A DNA stretch of 64,000 nt from Candidatus Sigynarchaeum calidifontis (GTDB lineage Archaea > Asgardarchaeota > Lokiarchaeia > Sigyniarchaeales > Sigyniarchaeaceae), in the NCBI GenBank assembly GCA_030587475.2, contig JAUQYZ020000102.1, forward strand, positions 1-64,000. The letters run 5' to 3'. Positions 1 through 9,616 of the stretch are shown piece by piece; within the stretch, counting starts at the first letter, position 1; each line of letters opens with the position of its first letter. Position numbers and translations under genes: made by a program. The notes beneath the pieces were generated by a model that saw only the letters and a list, made by a program, of their open reading frames with translations, had not been told where the DNA came from and did not search any database.

Positions 1-2
1 TC

Positions 3-1367
3 TTGAAAAAAATGATATTTTCCTTCATGCTCATCTCGATAATCGCGAGCTCGGGGATCGCGTCGCTGCCGGCCGTGCAAGGTATCAGGGTCTCGGATGC
101 AGGCATGGATCTCGTGGCCAACTTCATTGGTTTGTTCCAGAACGATTACGCGATCGCCACGCCCTACGATTTCGACCTCGACGGTAGCGGTTCTGCCCCG
201 AGCACGACGATCCCGGGCAGCCCGCCCTTCATGCCATACAAGCGCGCCCCGCTGGTCGTGAACGGGGAGATGCGCATCACGCCGGTCACGTCGCCCACGC
301 AATCCGAGGACGCGATCATCGCTCTCATCGAGAGCGCAAACAGCACGCTCTACATCGAGCAGATGTACATGTACGAAACGCTGAACGATATATTGCTGGC
401 CATTATCGCAGCCAAAAATGCCGGGGTGGACGTGCGGGTCATTCAAGATGACGGCACGTACGATCACAACGACATCAGCGCCCGGATCCTCACGAAGCAT
501 GGCATTCCAGTGCGCCGCATGGTCGAGAACCCGAGCATCGGCGCCCCGTTCGACACCATGCACAACAAGGGCGTCATCGTCGATGGCAAGGTCGTCTTGA
601 TCTCGAGCACGAACTGGTCACCCACGTCGCTGCGACAAAACCGCGAAGCGGGCGTCATCATCGAATCGACGGCGGTCGCCTCGTACTACCAGGACTTGTT
701 CCTCTACGATTGGGGGAAATCGGTCACGTTCACTGGAAGTAACTATCCAGATCCCGCGCCGGTCAAGAGCCATTACTTCTCGCCGACGACGTATTCGGGA
801 AAATTCGACGTGACTTGCCTCGCCGCGCCGGATAACTGCTTCGACGCGGTCAGCGCGACGCTTGCGGGTGCCCAGACGTCGATCTGGATCAGCACCTACA
901 CGCTCTCGTCTCCCTTCATCATCGAGGTCCTCGAGGACCGGTTGGCAGCCGGCGTCGAGGTGCGGCTCCTGCTCGCGGAGAATCCCGTGTCGCCGGAGGA
1001 GCAACAATACAACCTATGGACGATGGCATGCCTCGTTTATGCCGGGGCACTCACCGAGTCGGGCGAAATTAAATACGCCAGTGGCAGGTGGGCATCAGCG
1101 ACATTCGAGTACCAGCATTGCAAGTATGCGATCGTCGACGGCAAGACACTGATCATCTCGAGCGGCAATTATGCCCAGACCTCGTGCCCGAAACCACAAC
1201 CCGATGGCGATGTCGACGGAAACCGGGACTGGTGGTTCATCGTCCGGGGATCTTCATCCGGCGTGAGCGGTGAAACGCCAGGCGCCGGGCCGGTTTTCAT
1301 CATCTTGTTCGCTTTATGCGCCCTAATTGGGGTCGTGGCTCGCGTAAGGAAGCAACTCGTTTTTTAG
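3..1367 (+). CDS. Secreted, membrane-anchored phospholipase D-family protein
   Basis: Two HKD motifs (HNKGVIVD, HCKYAIVD) followed by SSTNW/SSGNY; N-terminal signal peptide; C-terminal TPG + hydrophobic helix + basic tail. Start lies at the window edge. Confidence 0.88.
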   Translation: MKKMIFSFMLISIIASSGIASLPAVQGIRVSDAGMDLVANFIGLFQNDYAIATPYDFDLDGSGSAPSTTIPGSPPFMPYKRAPLVVNGEMRITPVTSPTQSEDAIIALIESANSTLYIEQMYMYETLNDILLAIIAAKNAGVDVRVIQDDGTYDHNDISARILTKHGIPVRRMVENPSIGAPFDTMHNKGVIVDGKVVLISSTNWSPTSLRQNREAGVIIESTAVASYYQDLFLYDWGKSVTFTGSNYPDPAPVKSHYFSPTTYSGKFDVTCLAAPDNCFDAVSATLAGAQTSIWISTYTLSSPFIIEVLEDRLAAGVEVRLLLAENPVSPEEQQYNLWTMACLVYAGALTESGEIKYASGRWASATFEYQHCKYAIVDGKTLIISSGNYAQTSCPKPQPDGDVDGNRDWWFIVRGSSSGVSGETPGAGPVFIILFALCALIGVVARVRKQLVF

Positions 1368-1453
1368 CAAGCTTTTTCCTTTTTCTTTGCTAGTACATGT
1401 ATTTATTGCGAGCTTTGAACACGTGTAGAAAAGAGGAAATTAAGAAAGCAAGA

Positions 1454-3034
1454 TTACGACCTTTTCTTGCGCTTGACAGCCACGATCACCACCACGCAAG
1501 CGATCGCGCCGCCTAGCACCGCGAGGATGATGTACAAGTCGTATTTCTTCGCCCCCCATCCTGTTCCAGGCGTGAAGAACGCGGTGAACACGGGATCGTG
1601 GACGAGCCGGCCGCCCTGGTACTCGCCGTATTTCTGATAACCAGTGGTGAAGAATGCCGCGGATTCCGAGGGATCGAACCGGTTCCATGCATCGTCGAAC
1701 TTGATACCGCCAGAGAAATGGTTGGTCTGGTTGATTGCATAGCACACGACGAGTCGCCCGAATGGACCGATAAGCTGGCTCATGCCAGACACTACCTGGA
1801 GGAAATCCTCGTTCCCGACGATGTCCATTGACCCGTACGTGACGTTCGCCGTTGTCGAGTTGGCCGGGTTGCCGATCTCGTGCTGGACATACGTGGGTTT
1901 CTGGACGAAATCGTAGTTGAAGGCGTTCGTGCCCTCGACCGTGGCGGTGACCCTGGTGAGCCCGTTTTTCGCGCACGTCGCGTTGATAGCATCGCCTGAC
2001 GTGTCGTGCAAGTGAAACGGGTCGTCGATGCCGGCCATCACGAATGCCCAGTTGCCGACGCACAAGATCCAATCGCGTGGCATGTAATTGGGCATCCCCG
2101 GGGTGATAAGGCTCCAGTTCGAGGGATCCTGGATCTCGCGGTGGTAGAGCTGCTTGATGTCCCCCGTGATGTAGTCGCTGTACAGCGTGGCTTTCTTGTC
2201 TCCGTTATCGAGGACGAGCCTGTACTTGTAACAGAGAAATTCTTGCACGCCGAAGACGAAAGAGCCGTCCATGTACGTGCCGGGGTCGGAATAATTGAAG
2301 CCCCAGTCGAACACCGACACGTTCGCGGATGCTCCCCCCGCGTGGTTGATGTGGGGGAGCCAGAAGCCGATGTCCGAGTAGTTGTAAGCCCACGTGTAGA
2401 TCACTTGGTCGCCTAAGACAGATCGCTGGAGCGGGGTGACGTGCACGCGCGTGTCCATCGACACGCCAAGCGGGTCGAAGACCGCGCGGAAGTCCTGCGT
2501 GTCTTGCGTCATATAAAAGAACGGCGTTATCTTCTCGTCCAAGGCATCGTCGTATTGCCCGTTACCGTTTTCGTCGCGGAAACCAAACCACGCGGAGAGC
2601 ATGTTCGCGATGAGCATCTCGTGGCTCAAGCCGCCAGATTCAAGGTAGTAATGCATCCACCACATCTGCGCCGGGGCGAAATACCGATTGGTTCCGCTCT
2701 GCATGTCGCCGGATTTGTTCACGAACGCGAACATCCCCATCTCGAAATTCCCCTCGGATAGCCACTTGATGTTCCACGTGTTGTTCAACCACGTCGTCAT
2801 GTTCTTGATGTGTTTCGATGGGTCCCGAACCTCCCAGTATGAGTTGTTATAAACGTTGATATCCCAATAATTCTCCGCGAACGTGTGGCCAACACCTGTA
2901 TCACGATCCCGGAACACTTGCACGGGGGTCGGTGGCCCGTCAGCCATCACGGCCACCCCGAAACTGAATGCGAGCGTGGCCAGGAACGTAATCGTGATGA
3001 TAACCCGCGTTACATGGTGTTTTGATTTGTACAT
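1454..3034 (-). CDS. Hypothetical secreted protein with C-terminal membrane anchor
   Basis: 526-aa ORF; signal peptide, aromatic/Asn-rich body with many N-x-S/T sequons, C-terminal TM helix + KRKKRS. Confidence 0.8.
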   Translation of the reverse strand: MYKSKHHVTRVIITITFLATLAFSFGVAVMADGPPTPVQVFRDRDTGVGHTFAENYWDINVYNNSYWEVRDPSKHIKNMTTWLNNTWNIKWLSEGNFEMGMFAFVNKSGDMQSGTNRYFAPAQMWWMHYYLESGGLSHEMLIANMLSAWFGFRDENGNGQYDDALDEKITPFFYMTQDTQDFRAVFDPLGVSMDTRVHVTPLQRSVLGDQVIYTWAYNYSDIGFWLPHINHAGGASANVSVFDWGFNYSDPGTYMDGSFVFGVQEFLCYKYRLVLDNGDKKATLYSDYITGDIKQLYHREIQDPSNWSLITPGMPNYMPRDWILCVGNWAFVMAGIDDPFHLHDTSGDAINATCAKNGLTRVTATVEGTNAFNYDFVQKPTYVQHEIGNPANSTTANVTYGSMDIVGNEDFLQVVSGMSQLIGPFGRLVVCYAINQTNHFSGGIKFDDAWNRFDPSESAAFFTTGYQKYGEYQGGRLVHDPVFTAFFTPGTGWGAKKYDLYIILAVLGGAIACVVVIVAVKRKKRS

Positions 3035-3342
3035 GGTCGATCATGTCTGTTTGATGTTCTCGATAGTTCCGTTGCAATGATGATCGGCTCATCTAGATAA
3101 AAGTTTTCCACCAATGAAAACGACGAAGGTGCTTGTCCGGCAAGCCAAGGCACGCACCTGGAAGGGATCAACACTAGTCGTGGTGGGTGCGTTAGATGAT
3201 CATTCCACGTTTTATTAGACCCGTTTCGGGTTACGTTTCCGTACCAAACGCTATCACTTTCGACGGACGCTGGCATATTGTTCCCCCGGGACACGATGGT
3301 GGGCGGCATGTTAATCATAACAAAAAGAGAAGGAAATGGGTA

Positions 3343-3444
3343 TGCTCCCGGTGGGATTCGATCCCACGACCTACGGTTTTCTTAATTCTTGAGTGGAACA
3401 AGGCCATATAAGACCGTCGCTCTACCAGGCTAAGCTACGGGAGC
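3343..3444 (-). tRNA. tRNA-Ile(UAU) with 28-nt intron at position 37/38 (intron 3379-3406)
   Basis: Reverse complement folds as GCTCCCG TA GCTT-AGCCTGGTA-GAGC G ACGGT CT TAT A [intron] A ACCGT AGGTC GTGGG-ATCGAAT-CCCAC CGGGAGC A; CTTA pairs with intronic TAAG flanked by 3-nt bulges (bulge-helix-bulge); CCA not encoded. Confidence 0.9.
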
Positions 3445-3608
3445 ACCCTGACAATCCTGGTGAATATCGTTAGCCACGCGGTGTTCGTTCAAGGCCAATT
3501 CACGCACCCGCCATATCCCCGGCCGGGCAATCCTTGGCACGTGGGAACGAGCCACGCATGCTCGAAAAATGCGAGGAAAAATAAAAGCCTTTGCCACGAT
3601 GCCTACGG

Positions 3609-4025
3609 TTAATTTGACGAGGCTGCTTCGACCTTTTTTATGCTTTTCTCGAGTGCCTTGACGAGCCGGGGCTCGCTGATGAGATCGTGCTCGATGGCGC
3701 ATGCCAGCCGGTGCTTCAAGTCCTTGTCGTCGAGTTCGAGCACCTTCGTGAAAAATGTTTCCAACAAGTGGTGCATCTCGAGCACCTTCATTGCCAGGTC
3801 GAGCCCCTTGGGGTTCAATCGAACGCCCAGGCGCTTCTTGTACTCGATGAGCCCTTCCTTCTGGAGTTTCACGAGAAATTCGGTCACCGATGGTGGTTTG
3901 ACCTTCATGGCCGTGGCTATCTCGATATTGCTGATGAAGGTATCCTTACCCTCTTTTTCCTTTGTGATGCGCAGGATGACTTCGAGGTATTCCTGGTAAT
4001 TTTGATTGAAAATCGTCTTGTCCAT
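3609..4025 (-). CDS. DtxR/MntR-family metal-dependent transcriptional regulator
   Basis: QEYLEVI, wHTH IATAMKVKPPSVTEFLVKL, HHLLETFF and ACAIEH metal-site motifs; no FeoA domain. Confidence 0.93.
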   Translation of the reverse strand: MDKTIFNQNYQEYLEVILRITKEKEGKDTFISNIEIATAMKVKPPSVTEFLVKLQKEGLIEYKKRLGVRLNPKGLDLAMKVLEMHHLLETFFTKVLELDDKDLKHRLACAIEHDLISEPRLVKALEKSIKKVEAASSN

Positions 4026-4047
4026 TTACAGCCCCCGAGATGTCCGA

Positions 4048-4063
4048 TTCGGAGGTATCCGAA
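4048..4063. promoter_or_regulatory. Inverted repeat, candidate autoregulatory operator of the DtxR-family gene
   Basis: TTCGGA-GGTA-TCCGAA between a minus-strand TATA-like element (AAACCTTATA, 4091-4100) and the start codon at 4025. Confidence 0.5.
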
Positions 4064-4136
4064 ACAAGTTATTCCATAGCGAGACGGAGATATAAGGTTT
4101 CGACCAGAGAAAAAGAAATGCTTCTCTCGGAGCCGA

Positions 4137-5114
4137 TCATGGTGACTTGACCCAGTCGACGTCGAACCGGCAATAGCGCATGTTCCGCCTGCGATTGTTG
4201 TAGACGAGGTGAAACAGCCCGTCCGATCCGATGATGATGGCGGGATAGGAGAAATGGCCGTCAGCATCGTCGCGCTCGATATCCTTCACGACAGGCCAGG
4301 TCTTGCCCTCGTCGGGCGAATACGCGATGTTGAGACAGCGCCGGTTTTGTGCCATGCTTCCGAGACGAGGGTTGTTGTTCCAGACGAGCACGATCTCGCC
4401 CTTGTCCGTGCGCACGAAATCGAGAGCAGAATTTGGATTTTTGAAGGGCAGCGCTTCACCGGGTGTCCAGGTCTCGCCGAGATCCTTGCTCGTTGATCGA
4501 TACACGTGGTTCATGTCAGTGCGAAGGAATGCCAGCAGCGAGCCGTCCGAGAGCCGCGTGATGGCCGGCTGCTCGTTATTTCCCTTGGGCAAGACGATAT
4601 CCCCGGACACGTGGAACGTCTCGCCGTCCACGGTGATCAAGATGTTTGAAACGCCCCGGGGGAACCGCACGTTCCCACCGGGAACGAGCAGCCGGTCACC
4701 CAGGACCAGCGGCTTCGTGCGCACGACGAACCCGCGCCGGCCAACGACGAGCCTGGCCTCCGACCACGTGCGGCCGAAGTCCGTGGATGTCTTGAGATAG
4801 AGTTTCGTGTTAAACCACGGGAACAAGGGAAAATGGATGACGTCGTAGAACATGTAAAGCTTCCCCTTGTACCAGGCCAGCACGGCGTTCCCGTCGGGCA
4901 GCTTCGGCGTTTTATGGATGAGGACGGGCTTCGTCCACGCGCCGCCCTTCATCGACTTCCACGACGCCATGAGGCCGACGGACGGGTGTGCCTCGTTCTT
5001 CCCGGCATAGTAAACGACCATGAGCTCGCCGTTCGGCAACTCCTGGATGACCGGGCAATGGCAGTGGGGATGATCGGGGTCGTACTCGAAGATGGTCTCG
5101 CGCTCGAAGAGCAT
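4137..5114 (-). CDS. BNR/Asp-box repeat sialidase-like protein
   Basis: Asp boxes STDFGRTW, SKDLGETW, SPDEGKTW; NPNS and FSYP motifs; no signal peptide. Confidence 0.88.
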   Translation of the reverse strand: MLFERETIFEYDPDHPHCHCPVIQELPNGELMVVYYAGKNEAHPSVGLMASWKSMKGGAWTKPVLIHKTPKLPDGNAVLAWYKGKLYMFYDVIHFPLFPWFNTKLYLKTSTDFGRTWSEARLVVGRRGFVVRTKPLVLGDRLLVPGGNVRFPRGVSNILITVDGETFHVSGDIVLPKGNNEQPAITRLSDGSLLAFLRTDMNHVYRSTSKDLGETWTPGEALPFKNPNSALDFVRTDKGEIVLVWNNNPRLGSMAQNRRCLNIAYSPDEGKTWPVVKDIERDDADGHFSYPAIIIGSDGLFHLVYNNRRRNMRYCRFDVDWVKSP

Positions 5115-5151
5115 TAGTCTTGCACCATGAAAGTTGTTTGGCAGATGGTAC

Positions 5152-5886
5152 TTATTTCTTCTTGCGGAGCTCGTCGATGCGGTTTCTTGGGGCGATCTTC
5201 ATGGGAATGGCGGGGCCGCGGGCGACCATCACGGCCACGAACGCCGCGTTCATGACGTAGAACGAGATGAACGAGAAAAACTCGGGGATCCCGTCGTTGA
5301 GGCCGAGGCTATCCGCGTAATCCGATGATGCGAAGATCCAGATGGCGACGTTCGACGCGAAGAACACGAGGTACGCGATGGCCCACTTGCGGGCTCCGTG
5401 GCGGTCACCCCACCATTCCCAGATGAATAAAATGCAAGCAAAGCCAGCCGCGGCAAAGAAGGTACCAGACTGGGACAAGTGATATCTAAACGTGATGTCC
5501 TCGTCCGTGAGGATGCCGGCGCCGATGAGCCCGCACGCGGCGATGATCATGAAGCAGAACGCGTTCCGCGCCTTCTTCTGCCCCGATACGTGCGAGCCGC
5601 GCGCGAAGATCGCGTACATCGGGATCAACGACGTGGCGCCGAGAACGTAGGCCGCGTTGAAGGCGGGCTGGCCGAAATATCCTTCCGAGCCACAAGCAAG
5701 GCTCTGGCGGCCGAGGCGGCTCAATGTATGCGCGACGAGGCTGAAATCCGGGTACATGCACATGGCGACGACGAGGAGCAAGAACGACAAGCAGAGGCCG
5801 GTGGTCGCGAGCAAGGCGACGAAGCGGGTGACGAATTCCTGGGTGATAAGTGGTATCATTGCTACACGAGACGTTGATTCCGACAT
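5152..5886 (-). CDS. DUF998-like multi-pass membrane protein
   Basis: YPDFS..HTLSRLG, FN and conserved His pattern; about 6 hydrophobic helices. Confidence 0.65.
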   Translation of the reverse strand: MSESTSRVAMIPLITQEFVTRFVALLATTGLCLSFLLLVVAMCMYPDFSLVAHTLSRLGRQSLACGSEGYFGQPAFNAAYVLGATSLIPMYAIFARGSHVSGQKKARNAFCFMIIAACGLIGAGILTDEDITFRYHLSQSGTFFAAAGFACILFIWEWWGDRHGARKWAIAYLVFFASNVAIWIFASSDYADSLGLNDGIPEFFSFISFYVMNAAFVAVMVARGPAIPMKIAPRNRIDELRKKK

Positions 5887-5951
5887 GATTGTACATAATT
5901 ACGACGCCGGCATAGAAAAGGCTGGTCTTGCCCCGCCTTCGCGGCGACGAT

Positions 5952-6834
5952 TCACGCTCGCACGATGTTGTATCGGGCGCGCGCGAGTATCGCAGTCAAG
6001 TGCTTGCCGTCTTCCATCTTGTGAGCTATGAGTGCGTGGAGCAAGGCCGCGTGAGCGGCCATCACGAAACCGGAGACCTTCAGATCGAGGGCGATGATCT
6101 TTCGTTCCATCGCGCGGAGCAGCTCCAACAGGTCTTGCCTCGCGGGCACGAACCCCTCGCCGCGAGCAAGACCACCCTCGCGCAGTGCCGCGATCAAGCG
6201 GTCGGCGCGGCCAAGCAGATCCTGGCACACGTCGTCGAACCCGGCCGATCCTTGCTCTGTGCCTGGTGCGAGGGTGGGTGGCACGTATTCGACACCGGTG
6301 ACAACGTGGCGAGGCTCCCGACCTTGCTGGCTTGCTTTCGGGTCGACGGTCGCCAGGTGGTCGTCGATTGCCTGGATCTTGGCCAGCAACTCCTCCTCTG
6401 CCTTGCTCGGCTTGGGAATGAGCTTGATGATGCCCTCATCGGTCTCCATACCGAGCATAATGCTCAGTTCGTGCGTGCCAGCGAAGGGATAGAGGCCCGC
6501 GTGGAGGATCATACCGAACGGGAGGAGATATTCGATGCGCTCGAAGGGCGGCAGCTATTTCTTGGTGAAAATCGTGACGGCACGCGTCGCCTTGCCAACC
6601 TTGAACGCATCCGTGCCCTGGAACAACCAGAAGCCAAAGAGCAGCACGGCGGTGGCCACGGCCGCGGGCACCTGGATGGCGATCCATGGTTCAACGTGCA
6701 ATGCAAAGACGATGGCAAGGGACACCACCACGTCGACGATCACGGGTGGCGCGACGCTGGAGAGGTTTCGCGTTCGCCTCTGGGTGAGGACGAGGAGTTC
6801 GGGGGGTGTCCGCAATGATCTCGTAATTTTTCAT
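5952..6834 (-). pseudogene. Disrupted membrane-protein gene (frameshift plus in-frame TAG)
   Basis: ATG at 6834 gives MKNYEIIADTP and joins ORF 6555-6815 if one base is removed from the G6 run at 6801-6806; TAG at 6555-6557 is followed in frame by LPPFERIEYLLPFG running into ORF 5952-6512. Confidence 0.65.
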
Positions 6835-6951
6835 GAGTAGGACCACCCGTCCAATTCGTGCTCGCGAACTTGATGTTAGCTTGAGATTAAGAAGCTATCA
6901 TTGTAATAGCCCGGTGCCAGATTACAACAGAAGCGAAGACTATTTCTATCG

Positions 6952-6981
6952 TGATTATCTATAGTAATCATGGTAACCATG
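6952..6981. promoter_or_regulatory. Two palindromes at the antitoxin start, candidate TA operator
   Basis: TGATTA-TCTATAG-TAATCA (6952-6970) and CATGGT-A-ACCATG (6969-6981). Confidence 0.45.
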
Positions 6982-7239
6982 GCAACTACAGTACAAATCC
7001 AATCCTCGACAAAGGAGGAGTTACTCGTTATCAAGGCCCGGCTTGAGGAACAGACAGGAAAAAAGTGCACGCTGGACGACGCGATACGCTGGTTGATCGA
7101 AAAGGCGAGGAGCCCGCCATTTGAAAACCGTACATCTGTTGCTGGTGAAATATTTGGATCGATCACGGATCTCGGGATCACCATCGAGGATTTAAAGGAA
7201 TTGAGGCGGCAGGAGATCTCCCGTGTTGCGAAGTTTTAA
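6970..7239 (+). CDS. vapB: VapB-type antitoxin (RHH-like)
   Basis: Small ORF MATTVQIQSSTKEELL...TLDDAIRWLI directly upstream of a PIN gene. Confidence 0.75.
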   Translation: MVTMATTVQIQSSTKEELLVIKARLEEQTGKKCTLDDAIRWLIEKARSPPFENRTSVAGEIFGSITDLGITIEDLKELRRQEISRVAKF

Positions 7240-7246
7240 CCAGGTC

Positions 7247-7714
7247 ATGGGCTCCACCGTCGTGCTCGACACAAGCTTGCTCGTGGAGTTTCTCATGGGA
7301 ACCAAGACGGGCGCCGTCTTGGACGTGATGGTTTTCAAAAACCCGTTCATCACGTCGGTCCTTCTGAACCCGTTAGCTTTGATCGAGATATATTATATTA
7401 TCCGCAGGAAAAGCACCCCGGAACGTGCTCGCGCTGAGGTAAACAAGATCCGGAAGATTGTCCAGATCGTTTCATTGGAAGACTATTTAGAGATCGTCGG
7501 GGAACTGAAAGCAACGACGAGCATCGCCCTTGCAGATGTTGCTAGCATCGCTCTCGCCGAGTATAAAGACGTGAAAGTACTCTTCAAGCATGAGGAGGAG
7601 ATCGATGAAAAACTCGAACATCATAGTTCCGACGCGTTTATCCGGCGGATCGTCTTCATCGAGGACTTCCCTTCTTACAAAGAGATCGAGAAGAAATTCG
7701 AAAAGAAGCCCTGA
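7247..7714 (+). CDS. vapC: PIN-domain VapC toxin
   Basis: VVLDTS, LIEIYY and SIALAD PIN motifs; ATG 7 nt after the antitoxin stop. Confidence 0.85.
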   Translation: MGSTVVLDTSLLVEFLMGTKTGAVLDVMVFKNPFITSVLLNPLALIEIYYIIRRKSTPERARAEVNKIRKIVQIVSLEDYLEIVGELKATTSIALADVASIALAEYKDVKVLFKHEEEIDEKLEHHSSDAFIRRIVFIEDFPSYKEIEKKFEKKP

Positions 7715-7775
7715 GAACGAAGAGCACGCATGCTATCAAGGGAGAGCATTTTTACCACAGCGGGTGTTCTGTCCA

Positions 7776-8081
7776 ATGCTCATGAAACAAAAAGAGAGAA
7801 ACGCCCCGAAGGAATCAGCACAGTTCTTCGCTTGGTTCAAGCACGAATCCGAGGCATACTGGAAGGACATCAAGTTAAAGAACGAGATCTACGGCTTCCA
7901 GATCCAAGCGGGAACCCGGTGGAATCTGGGGCCTTCCGACGACGAAATCCTCAAGTACGAGAAGGACATGGGCCCCTACGCGTCGGACTTGTAGGCGTTC
8001 CTCCTTCACGATGCCTTCCACGATGTCGCCCAGGAACCAGGGCTCCCGGAGGACATCCCCGTGAAGTTCTGGCTCGAATGA
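7776..8081 (+). pseudogene. SMI1/KNR4-like gene remnant (apparent internal deletion, in-frame TAG)
   Basis: W.LGPSDDEILKYEKDMG resembles the SMI1/KNR4 N-terminus; after TAG 7992-7994 the frame continues AFLLHDAF...IPVKFWLE to TGA 8079-8081. Confidence 0.5.
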
Positions 8082-8101
8082 TCGGCGGGTACCCGGCCCC
8101 G

Positions 8102-8425
8102 TCAATTCTCGCAATAGGAACATCGCGTGTACTTGCCGCACGCGTTGCACGCGATCTCGTAATCCCAATAGACATCGCCCGAATGGTAGGCCACGCACCA
8201 CTGCGCGGCGATCACGAGCACGTCGTCGCTGCCGCAACTGCCGCATCCCGAAAACGAGATGAAGCGCGCGAGCGGGTGGTCGTCTGGCCTGATGCCCGTG
8301 CCCGTGTACCAGTCCTGGTGGAACGAGCTGCTCAAGTCCTCGTCGATGGCACTTGGCACCTACAAGTGGGTCTTGTAATCGGCAGGAACGAAGACGGGGG
8401 ACGAGGATGTCCTGGTGTCGACCAT
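8102..8425 (-). pseudogene. Small zinc-ribbon protein with in-frame TAG near the N-terminus (or intact gene from GTG 8359)
   Basis: CGSC and CNAC pairs; in-frame ATG at 8425 is separated from the ORF by TAG at 8360-8362. Confidence 0.5.
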
Positions 8426-8596
8426 GGGTTGTCTGGCATCGATTCGAGGACAAGCTAGACAAGAAAGAAACGCAATATTAATCTGGCATTTTTAACAACG
8501 CGAGACTCATTTTTAAAACCATTTTGGAAACCCGTATCTCCTCGACCGGCATGCTTGTTGTCAAGGTATTAAAGGGGACACGTCGATTTACGATCC

Positions 8597-9454
8597 ATGA
8601 GCGCGGACCAACAAAAAACAGAGCCATCGCCAACGCCCGCCGAAAAAATCACGTACGCGACGAAGTCAGCGGGGCGGATCGCCTACATCACGCTGAACAA
8701 CCCCGCGAAGCAAAACGCGATCGATCGCGACATGATCATGCGGTTCTTGGAATTCCTTCGCGCCGCGGACAAGGACAAGAAGGTTAAAGTCGTCGTCATC
8801 AACAGCACGGGGGAGCGTGCTTTTTGCGCGGGCTGGGACAACAGCATGTTCACCAACAGGCAAGGCATGACGCTCGACGACACGAAAAAGCTCTTGCTCG
8901 TGCATGGACGTGACATCGCGAGAACCATCTTCTTCATGAAAAAACCCGTCGTCATGCAAATCCAGGGGCCAGCGATCGGGGCGGGCTGCATCATGTCGCT
9001 GGCGGCGGATTTCCGGATCGTCGCGAGAAAGGAGGGGCTGTATTTCCAGCTCCCCGAACTGCAAATCAACCTGCCGGGCGCGACGGGGCCGACCGTCAAC
9101 TCGATCGCGATCATGGGCCTTGCTGGCTCCAAGCGCATGATGCTCTGCAGCGACAAGATCGGGCTGGACGAGCTCGACAAGTGGGGCGCCATCACGAAGA
9201 TCTGCGAGCCGGCCGACCTCGAGATCGAGGTAAAAAAGTTCTGCTTGAACCTGGTCGAAAAAAACCCGCTCTTGCTCTACACGCAAAAGGCCATGTGCAA
9301 TATCATCGGCATGGCAATGACCAGGGCGTTTTACGACCTTGAAAACGAGGTCGCGGACTATGCCTTCGCCAATCTCGGTAGTGACAACCCGCCCGACGTC
9401 GACGAGTTCCTCCGCAAGATCTGGGCGAAGTACGGGCAAGGATCGCCGTTCTGA
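8597..9454 (+). CDS. Enoyl-CoA hydratase/isomerase (crotonase) family protein
   Basis: ITLNNPAKQNAI, AFCAGWD, GPAIGAG, ADFRI and LPELQI motifs. Confidence 0.92.
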   Translation: MSADQQKTEPSPTPAEKITYATKSAGRIAYITLNNPAKQNAIDRDMIMRFLEFLRAADKDKKVKVVVINSTGERAFCAGWDNSMFTNRQGMTLDDTKKLLLVHGRDIARTIFFMKKPVVMQIQGPAIGAGCIMSLAADFRIVARKEGLYFQLPELQINLPGATGPTVNSIAIMGLAGSKRMMLCSDKIGLDELDKWGAITKICEPADLEIEVKKFCLNLVEKNPLLLYTQKAMCNIIGMAMTRAFYDLENEVADYAFANLGSDNPPDVDEFLRKIWAKYGQGSPF

Positions 9455-9616
9455 TCGCGCCCGGGGAGATTCATTTCCACGAGATATGGCATTACAACAT
9501 CATCCCGGGCTGTCACGACCCGAGGATTTTTTATCGTGCCGGGCACATGTACCTCGCAAGGGAATGCGCATCGAGAAACGCGTCCTTCGCCAACAAGCGA
9601 GACACGGCCCGTCTAT

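Noticed and set aside
3343-3444. tRNA as integration site of an island
   Set aside because: No integrase and no duplicated tRNA 3' end found by eye in the window.
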